A stretch of 52,528 nucleotides of DNA, taken from Candidatus Atribacteria bacterium (GTDB lineage: Bacteria > Atribacterota > Atribacteria > Atribacterales > Caldatribacteriaceae). The notes below the pieces were generated by a model, which was not told the origin of the DNA, made no database searches, and saw nothing but the letters and a program-made list of their open reading frames with translations. Every line of letters starts with the position of its first letter. The first letter of the stretch is position 1. The translations under genes were made by a program, and so were the position numbers. Location: contig JAKPIQ010000193.1 in assembly GCA_029549715.1 (NCBI GenBank), positions 1-52,528 on the forward strand. Direction: 5' to 3'. Below are positions 46,023-52,528 of the stretch, piece by piece.

Positions 46023-48256
46023 GTAACTCACCCGTTACCATCAGCAAAGAAAAAATGGAATCCATAATCAACGCTGATTGCCCTGACCCTTTCTCCATAC
46101 TGGGGATGCACCCCCTGGAGGGGGAAAGGGGAGTTTGTGTGAGAGTTTTTATTCCGGCAGCCCGAAAAGTAAAAGTAATAGATCGATATAATAGCCAGAA
46201 TAGCTGGCTCATGAATAAAGTAGAAGAAAGAGGATTTTTTGAGCTGGCTCTCCCCGGAAAAGATTTTTTCGCCTACCTTTTAGAAATAGAAGAAGAGGGA
46301 GGAACAAGAGTCACCGCTGATGCTTACTCTTTCCTTCCTTTCTTTTCTGAATTTGACCTTCATCTTTTCAACGAAGGCACTTATCACTTTGCCTATGAAC
46401 GATTAGGTGCTCACCTGCTGGAGGTGGGAGGCATAAAAGGAGCTTATTTCAGCGTCTGGGCTCCTAATGCTCGCCGGGTAAGTGTAGTGGGAGACTTCAA
46501 TCACTGGGATGGGCGAGTTCATCAAATGAGAGTATTAGGAAGTTCAGGAGTGTGGGAGATATTCATCCCTCAAGTAGAAGAAGGAGCGAAATATAAATTT
46601 GAAATCAAAACCAAAGAGGGAAGCCTCCTCCTCAAATCTGACCCTTATGCTTTTTTCTCCGAATTGCGTCCCGCTACTGCTTCTATTGTATACCATCTTT
46701 CTCCTTTCCCCTGGCAAGATGAGGAATGGATGGAAAGCAGAAAATCCCGGGATCTTCTTGCTTCTCCCTGGAGTATTTACGAAGTCCACTTAGGCTCCTG
46801 GAAAAGAGGGGAAGACAATTCCTTCTTAAACTATAGAGACTTAGCTCACCAACTGGTGGCTTATGTCAAAGAAATGGGGTTCACCCATATTGAACTCCTT
46901 CCCATTGCCGAACACCCTTTTGATGCCTCCTGGGGTTATCAGGTAACTGGATATTTTGCTCCCACCAGCCGCTTTGGCACCCCTCAGGATTTCCAATACT
47001 TTGTGGATTACTGTCATCGAGAGGGAATAGGAGTAATTTTAGACTGGGTAATTGCCCATTTTCCCAAAGATGCCCATGGCCTGGGAAGGTTTGATGGCAC
47101 TGCACTGTACGAACACTTAGACCCCCGACGAGGAGAACACCCTCATTGGGGAAGTTATATTTTCAATTATGGAAGAAACGAAGTAAGAACTTTTTTAGTC
47201 TCTAATGCCTTCTACTGGCTCCGGGAATACCACATCGATGCCCTGCGAGTCGATGCAGTAGCTTCCATGCTCTATCTCGACTATGGTAGAAAGGAAGGAG
47301 AGTGGATGCCCAACCCTTATGGAGGGAAAGAAAACTTAGAAGCTATTGATTTTCTCCATTACTTACATGAAAATGTTTACTACTATTTTCCCGGAATCGC
47401 CACCATCGCTGAGGAATCCACCGCCTGGCCTGGAGTAACGCTACCACCATATCTGGGGGGATTAGGTTTTCTTTTCAAATGGAATATGGGGTGGATGAAC
47501 GACTTTCTCACCTATATCAGTAAAGACCCCATTCATCGAAAATACCATCACCAGAATCTTACCTTCCCCCTCCTTTATGCTTTCTCGGAGAATTTTATTT
47601 TACCCATTTCTCACGATGAAGTAGTACACGGAAAGAGGAATCTCATCGATAAAATGCCTGGAGACTGGTGGCAGAAGTTCGCCAATGTGCGCCTGAGTCT
47701 CGCTACCATGCTTGGCTATCCGGGGAAAAAACTCCTTTTCATGGGCACCGAATTCGGACAGTGGCGAGAATGGAATCATGATGAGGAATTAGACTGGTTT
47801 TTATTAGGCTACGAAACTCACCGCCAGCTTCAAAAATTAGCGAAAGACTTAAACCATCTCTACACTATAGAGAAATCTCTCTTTGAATTGGACTATTCCT
47901 GGCAGGGATTTGAATGGATTGATTGTAACGATGCCGATAACTCCGTAATCTCTTTCATCCGCAAAAGTGAAGACCCGGGAGATTTTTTAGTTTTCGTTTG
48001 TAACTTTACCCCCGTTCCTCGCTTTAACTACCAGATAGGAGTTCCCCGGGAAGGATTTTACCAGGAAATCTTAAACACCGATTCAGAAATTTATGGAGGA
48101 AGCAATCTGGGAAACTGGGGAGGGGTATGGACAGAAAGTATTTCTAGGCATGGACAACCATTCTCTTTAAATCTCACTCTCCCCCCTTTGGGCTCCCTTA
48201 TTCTCAAATGGAGGGGAACTCCTGGATCTCAAATAGAGAGGGAAAACTACAGGTAA
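46019..48256 (+). CDS. glgB: 1,4-alpha-glucan branching enzyme GlgB (GH13)
   Basis: GH13 conserved regions are [28 protein letters not shown] and [12 protein letters not shown]. An N-terminal CBM48-like region ([22 protein letters not shown]) is present. The GTG start overlaps the upstream stop. The ATG at 46055 (MESII) is an alternative start. Confidence 0.93.
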   Translation: MSNSPVTISKEKMESIINADCPDPFSILGMHPLEGERGVCVRVFIPAARKVKVIDRYNSQNSWLMNKVEERGFFELALPGKDFFAYLLEIEEEGGTRVTADAYSFLPFFSEFDLHLFNEGTYHFAYERLGAHLLEVGGIKGAYFSVWAPNARRVSVVGDFNHWDGRVHQMRVLGSSGVWEIFIPQVEEGAKYKFEIKTKEGSLLLKSDPYAFFSELRPATASIVYHLSPFPWQDEEWMESRKSRDLLASPWSIYEVHLGSWKRGEDNSFLNYRDLAHQLVAYVKEMGFTHIELLPIAEHPFDASWGYQVTGYFAPTSRFGTPQDFQYFVDYCHREGIGVILDWVIAHFPKDAHGLGRFDGTALYEHLDPRRGEHPHWGSYIFNYGRNEVRTFLVSNAFYWLREYHIDALRVDAVASMLYLDYGRKEGEWMPNPYGGKENLEAIDFLHYLHENVYYYFPGIATIAEESTAWPGVTLPPYLGGLGFLFKWNMGWMNDFLTYISKDPIHRKYHHQNLTFPLLYAFSENFILPISHDEVVHGKRNLIDKMPGDWWQKFANVRLSLATMLGYPGKKLLFMGTEFGQWREWNHDEELDWFLLGYETHRQLQKLAKDLNHLYTIEKSLFELDYSWQGFEWIDCNDADNSVISFIRKSEDPGDFLVFVCNFTPVPRFNYQIGVPREGFYQEILNTDSEIYGGSNLGNWGGVWTESISRHGQPFSLNLTLPPLGSLILKWRGTPGSQIERENYR

Positions 48257-48288
48257 ATTATGATGCGTTTCCCTTTTTTAGTAAAGCG

Positions 48289-49947
48289 ATGAAGATTTTA
48301 GAAGGTCTGGCACTGCATTTCTTAATAGAAGAAATAGGAAGGGAAATTGAAGGAGTACGAATCCAGAAGGTTTTCACCACCCCTCGGCGGGAAACCTGGT
48401 TGGAGACTTATTCCCCTCGAGGGGAGAGATTTCTGGTTATTTCTCTCCATCCCCAGATCAATTCTATTTTTACCACTTCTCGCCGAGAAGTAGAAAAAGA
48501 AAAACCCAACAACTGGCAACAGCTTTTGAACAAATACCTGGTGGGAGGTAAAATCATTTCTTTTACTCAGGTAGGTTGGGACAGGGTGGTAAAAATAGAA
48601 ATTAAAAACCCCTACCTCCCCGAAGAGGGGAATGTTTATTTATTTGTAGAATTAACGGGAAGAAACACCAATGCTATTTTGACTGACCAGAGTGAACTCC
48701 TGCACATCCTGGGAGTTTATCGTCGAGTCAGCAAAGACCAGAGCCGTTTCCGGACTCTTCTTCCCGGAGAGAAATATTCTCTCCCTCCCCAAAAGAGCAA
48801 AGTCGACCCCCTTCTTTTTATGGAAGGACAAGAAAAAGATTTATCTCTTCTCTACCCTCCTGAAGAGCTACAATATCAGCTCATTCAACAAATAGATGGC
48901 ATTGGCCCCTTTTTGAGCCAGGTAATAGTAGAAAAGGTAGAGGAAGGCAAAAGCCTGCAAGGGGTGATGAGAGAAATCATTTCCCCCCTTCGAGAGAGTA
49001 CTTATCAAATAAGAGTATTTTTTTCTTCCTCCGGAGAGCCTCAAGGGATATTCTGGAACTCATCCACCTCTTATTCTTCTCTTTCCTGGAAAGAGTTTCC
49101 TTCTTTTAATCAGGCAGTAGAGTATTTCCATTTCTCCTGGTGGGAAAAGCACGAAGAACTAACCCGGCAAAAAATAAAAGAAAAAAGATGGAAAGAAGAA
49201 CTGGATTTCTTAGAAAAGGAGAGAGAGAAAATCAAAAACTTGATAAAAAACGAGGAAGAACTGGAAGAGTTAAAGATAAAAGGGGAGCTTCTGAAAATTC
49301 TCCCCAGCTTAGAAGTAATGAGTAAAACCGAGGAAGGGATAGTAGTTAAAAACATTTTTTCTTCCCCTCCTCAAAATATTTTTATCTCTCTCAATTCCCG
49401 ACTTTCTGTAAACCAGAACATGCAAAATTATTTTCGACTTTATCGCAAAAGTCGGGAAAGAAACCTGAAATTAAGAGAAAGACTAAAAGAATTGGAAGAA
49501 AAAGAGAGAAAAGTAAAGAAAATTTTTGAACAAGAGCTTACCCAGGAAAAAGAAAAGGATAAAATCCCCCCTTCTACCTCCCCGGCCCTGAGATTCAAAA
49601 CCTCCCAGGGTAGCGAAATATGGGTAGGGAAAAATGCAAAGAGTAACCATTTTCTGGTCACCAAAGTCGCTTCCCCCCAGGATTACTGGCTTCATGTAAG
49701 AGATCTACCCGGCTCTCACGTAATTTTGAAAGTAAAAAGCAAAGAAAATGAAGAGGAAGAAGTGCAGAAAGCAGCTCAAGTAGCCGCCTATTTCTCCTCT
49801 GTTCGGGGAGAATCCAAAGCAGAGGTCATTGTAACTCAGGCGAAATACGTTCGACCTCTCCCCTCTCAAATAGGAAAGGTAACTTACCGAAGAGAAAAAA
49901 CTCTCCTCGTTAAACCGCAGCTACCTAAAGATGTCAGTCTTGTATAG
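48289..49947 (+). CDS. rqcH: Ribosome quality control factor RqcH (NFACT / FbpA-Tae2 family)
   Basis: NFACT-N-like N-terminus MKILEGLALHFLIEEIGREIEGVRIQKVF, a central Lys/Glu coiled coil, and C-terminal NFACT-R/DUF814 motifs YWLHVRDLPGSHVILK. The longest ORF starts at 48208, overlapping glgB by 49 nt. Neither start has a good SD. I preferred 48289 on the domain pattern. Confidence 0.8.
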   Translation: MKILEGLALHFLIEEIGREIEGVRIQKVFTTPRRETWLETYSPRGERFLVISLHPQINSIFTTSRREVEKEKPNNWQQLLNKYLVGGKIISFTQVGWDRVVKIEIKNPYLPEEGNVYLFVELTGRNTNAILTDQSELLHILGVYRRVSKDQSRFRTLLPGEKYSLPPQKSKVDPLLFMEGQEKDLSLLYPPEELQYQLIQQIDGIGPFLSQVIVEKVEEGKSLQGVMREIISPLRESTYQIRVFFSSSGEPQGIFWNSSTSYSSLSWKEFPSFNQAVEYFHFSWWEKHEELTRQKIKEKRWKEELDFLEKEREKIKNLIKNEEELEELKIKGELLKILPSLEVMSKTEEGIVVKNIFSSPPQNIFISLNSRLSVNQNMQNYFRLYRKSRERNLKLRERLKELEEKERKVKKIFEQELTQEKEKDKIPPSTSPALRFKTSQGSEIWVGKNAKSNHFLVTKVASPQDYWLHVRDLPGSHVILKVKSKENEEEEVQKAAQVAAYFSSVRGESKAEVIVTQAKYVRPLPSQIGKVTYRREKTLLVKPQLPKDVSLV

Positions 49948-50144
49948 TAAGCAACATTGTTGCCATCCCATAAATACTTATTAATGAAATAATTGCAAAA
50001 ATTGTCCGGGGAAGGGAGAATAAAAACGATTCACCCTTTGAGCTATAATCCCCATCACAGAGGTAAAAAGCCAGAGGGCTCAACACCCTGACAGCCATTA
50101 CCGGACATTAATCGTGATTATATTTGCGACTACTCTCCCCCCAG

Positions 50145-50184
50145 CAAAAACTCATATCTGAGATTATCTGCCCCACCAGATATG
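50145..50184 (-). terminator. Intrinsic terminator downstream of the phosphotriesterase-family gene
   Basis: Minus strand: CATATCTG, a 16-nt loop, CAGATATG, followed by AGTTTTTG. It lies about 23 nt after the stop at 50207. Confidence 0.5.
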
Positions 50185-50206
50185 TCCGGAGCTACATTAT
50201 CATATG

Positions 50207-51130
50207 TTAAGCAACTGGTCTAGCAAACGCTTTGAATGGATTTTCACGTACTATAGTATGAATCGTATCTTCATCCCCGCCTGCGTCGCGGAGCCGGGGC
50301 AGAAATGTTTCCACAATATACGTATATGGCCTGAGTGTTCCCCCACCAGGTTGCGATGCATCATAACCTGGACAGTCCTGACTCAACAACAGTTGATGCT
50401 CAAATCCCGCATCCAACATCTTAAATATTAGCTCCATAAACAGCTCATCTGAGTCACTGCCGATAGCATCATATTCAATCCATGCACCTCGTTTAGCCAT
50501 CTCAATATGCAACGCAAAATCAGGCTCACAATGAGCATGGATCCATATAAACCGATCAGGTGTATAACCACTTTTTTCGATTATATCTAGCTGATCCCTA
50601 ACTACCCTACCACGGACGGTATGACTCCCGATAACGGCCCCACAATCTCGAGCGCTCCTTGCAGCAGCTCGCAAAACTTTCCTCTCACATTCTGTAAGTC
50701 CATTATCCCCGGCACTGAGCTTGATCCAGCCGGCCCTGATATCATTTCCCTCTATATCCTCATTGAGTTCAGCACTCAGCCATTCCACAAGCGCCTCCTC
50801 ATCAGCTTGATGCACCCAACCGGGGATCCAGGGCTCACGATATACTCCTGTGGGCAAAACTAACGGAAAACCTGCCGCCTCAGACACTTTTTTCAGTATA
50901 TCTACTCTTCTACCCACTCCTACAGTAGAACATTCCACGATAGTTCCAATACCTGCCCGTCGAGCCGTTTCCAATTCCGGCCGCATCACACCGATTACAT
51001 CTTTAATTGACGCCTGAGCATATCCCGGCTGATCAGACGTCCGCAAATCTACAAATACGTGTTCATGAGGCAAGATCACACCTGCCCGGGCAGAGGACAA
51101 ATTCCCCAGCGTTGTTATTAACTTTTCCAC
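50207..51130 (-). CDS. Phosphotriesterase-family (PTER/Php-like) amidohydrolase-fold metal hydrolase
   Basis: 307 aa. ILPHEHVF is the HxH metal ligand motif. GWIKLSAG is the candidate carboxylated-Lys position. GSHT, WIHAH and LSQD supply the remaining ligands. Start is a GTG with an AAGGAGGG SD. Confidence 0.75.
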   Translation of the reverse strand: MEKLITTLGNLSSARAGVILPHEHVFVDLRTSDQPGYAQASIKDVIGVMRPELETARRAGIGTIVECSTVGVGRRVDILKKVSEAAGFPLVLPTGVYREPWIPGWVHQADEEALVEWLSAELNEDIEGNDIRAGWIKLSAGDNGLTECERKVLRAAARSARDCGAVIGSHTVRGRVVRDQLDIIEKSGYTPDRFIWIHAHCEPDFALHIEMAKRGAWIEYDAIGSDSDELFMELIFKMLDAGFEHQLLLSQDCPGYDASQPGGGTLRPYTYIVETFLPRLRDAGGDEDTIHTIVRENPFKAFARPVA

Positions 51131-51152
51131 GTTACCCTCCTTAAAAACGGTA

Positions 51153-52250
51153 TTACCGCCACTTTCTTTCAGCCTCAGCCAGTATCTTTAAGGCCTCCTC
51201 CCTTTCCATCACCGGAAAAAGAATATATAAACCATCGGAGCCATAGCGCCTGACCAGCTTACCGGCTTTGGCTATCAATTCATCTACACTACCTTCCTCC
51301 AGGCTTATCCACAGGGACTTATCCGCTGCTTTGACCTTATCATATATGGGATACCACAGCTCATCTCCGCCGTCGGGTTTACCAGCCCCTGGCGTCCATT
51401 GTAGTGCATCCAGCTCCTCTATCTCCATCAGAGCATCTAAGTGCTTGATAGCATCAGGTCCATCTAAATGATAAAGAGTATAATCCAGTTTTTGACATTG
51501 CTGCTGTAAAGACGGCATCAAAAACTCACGAAACTGCCCGGGAGACATTACAGCTGAAAAGTCACACTGCACTTTGGCAACTTTGCCCGGACCCCATATC
51601 TGAAAGGTAGTAAAACTACTGCTATTATCCTCTCCTTTTACAATATCATACATAGCATCATAATATATAAAATAGAGAGCATCTATCTGCCTTATATAAT
51701 CCTTAACCACCTCCGGTTCATCTAGAAGGTCATAACAGAACTGCTGAGGTCCTCGCAGGGCTGAGAGAATATCTATGCTTTCCATTATATCAGGAATATT
51801 AACCAGAAAATCACCACAGGAGAGCTCCTGTCCCCGCCGGACAAGCTCTAAATGGCGCTTCCACCAATAATTGTCGGGGTCATACATCAGCGGCCCCCAC
51901 TCCCGCCAGTCAGGTTTAACGCATTCTGTATACCATACTGTATCCCACGAAAAATTTGGTTCTGACCCTAGATATGTAGCCATAGAACCCGGCCCTATAT
52001 TGATATCCAGCGATGGGAAGGCCTCAGCTATAAAGGTATGCGTACGGCAGAAATTACGCAGCTCCCTCACCCGGCGCTCCACATCCAGATGCAGAGCCTC
52101 AGGTGTTTGAGGTGAGATCACCTCCTCCAGTGGCTCTACCGGCTCTCGGCGACGGGCCACCAGCCTCAACATCGGTCTATCTATCGCAGAACGTTCCCAC
52201 CAGGCTTTGAATCGCTCTTTGGTCTCATCCCAGTTTTCCTTGTATTTCAT
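51153..52250 (-). CDS. Conserved hypothetical protein, possibly a UroD/MetE-like TIM-barrel family member
   Basis: 365 aa with an AGGAGGA SD. The sequence resembles UroD-like proteins only loosely (DILSALRGPQQFCYDLLDEPE..., QCDFSAVMSP, YHLDGP, LQWTPGAG). The family call is tentative. Confidence 0.35.
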   Translation of the reverse strand: MKYKENWDETKERFKAWWERSAIDRPMLRLVARRREPVEPLEEVISPQTPEALHLDVERRVRELRNFCRTHTFIAEAFPSLDINIGPGSMATYLGSEPNFSWDTVWYTECVKPDWREWGPLMYDPDNYWWKRHLELVRRGQELSCGDFLVNIPDIMESIDILSALRGPQQFCYDLLDEPEVVKDYIRQIDALYFIYYDAMYDIVKGEDNSSSFTTFQIWGPGKVAKVQCDFSAVMSPGQFREFLMPSLQQQCQKLDYTLYHLDGPDAIKHLDALMEIEELDALQWTPGAGKPDGGDELWYPIYDKVKAADKSLWISLEEGSVDELIAKAGKLVRRYGSDGLYILFPVMEREEALKILAEAERKWR

Positions 52251-52338
52251 AATTTCCTCCTATTTCATTGTTACAAGCATTATAGAAGGTACAGTAAAGA
52301 AATACTATACCCAACTCTGGCATTAATTATATACTGCT

Positions 52339-52527
52339 CTACTCCTCTAACGTTGCCTCATACATAGCTTTGATATTTTCCAGAGGCACATCCGGATTTA
52401 TAGTATTGGACGTAAACAGCACTAAATTTGCATTGCCGCGGCATACATCAATAGCGTGGCGTACCTTAGCCTTAACCTCCTGAGGCGTACATACCGGCAG
52501 CTCCGTAGTCACAGCCAAAGGACCAAA
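52339..52527 (-). CDS. C-terminal end of a UroD-family (methyltransferase/decarboxylase) protein; the N-terminus lies beyond the right window edge
   Basis: My minus-strand translation gives ...FGPLAVTTELPVCTPQEVKAKVRHAIDVCRGNANLVLFTSNTINPDVPLENIKAMYEATLEE, with the stop (TAG) at 52339-52341. GTPEEV...I......G.ILS....I....P.EN..AM is the typical UroD-family C-terminus. Confidence 0.6.
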   Translation of the reverse strand, partial: FGPLAVTTELPVCTPQEVKAKVRHAIDVCRGNANLVLFTSNTINPDVPLENIKAMYEATLEE

Positions 52528-52528
52528 G

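Noticed and set aside
49948-49975. GCAACATTGTTGC palindrome just after the rqcH stop as a terminator
   Set aside because: The 6-bp arms leave only a 1-nt loop, so an effective stem of about 4 bp remains. No U-tract follows. It is too weak to call.

Overview
Bacterial chromosomal window with about 45 credible protein-coding genes. GC is roughly 42% in the few 60-nt lines I counted by hand. I recognised no rRNA, tRNA, CRISPR array, transposase or integrase.

Left flank (1-13.7 kb):
- an edge-truncated GH3 beta-glucosidase that is missing from the ORF track
- a translationally coupled heterodimeric ABC exporter pair with one degenerate ATP site
- an orphan 276-aa protein
- a complete corrinoid-dependent methyltransferase module: DUF1638, RamA-type reductive activase, UroD-family MT1, B12-binding corrinoid protein, and a divergently transcribed pterin-binding MT2

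Centre (13.8-43.6 kb): every credible gene lies on the minus strand. In transcription order (descending coordinate):
- a Cys-rich lipoprotein, an MFS transporter and a PHP-domain protein
- a family-1 encapsulin operon (ferritin-like cargo with a C-terminal TVGPLKEN tag, plus shell)
- a two-subunit class I fumarate hydratase, an SDH/Clp-fold protease and topB
- an almost gapless envelope supercluster: murA-mreB-S55 peptidase-tamB-bamA-skp-lpxD-lpxC-lpxA-lpxI-lpxB-lpxB paralogue-msbA
- grpE-dnaK

Right part:
- a DUF2330-like secreted protein, a YprB-type exonuclease, glgB and rqcH on the plus strand
- a phosphotriesterase-family hydrolase and two more UroD-like genes on the minus strand

I found no clearly novel multi-gene system such as a defence island. 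The items most worth follow-up are:
- the outer-membrane/lipid A supercluster, with its embedded and apparently permuted S55 peptidase and a tandem GT19 paralogue
- the encapsulin operon and the unexplained spacer downstream of it
- the methyltransferase module, whose substrate is unknown
- a roughly 460-nt tract at 43.7-44.16 kb that is poor in credible ORFs

All family calls come from motif recognition by eye, not from database searches.
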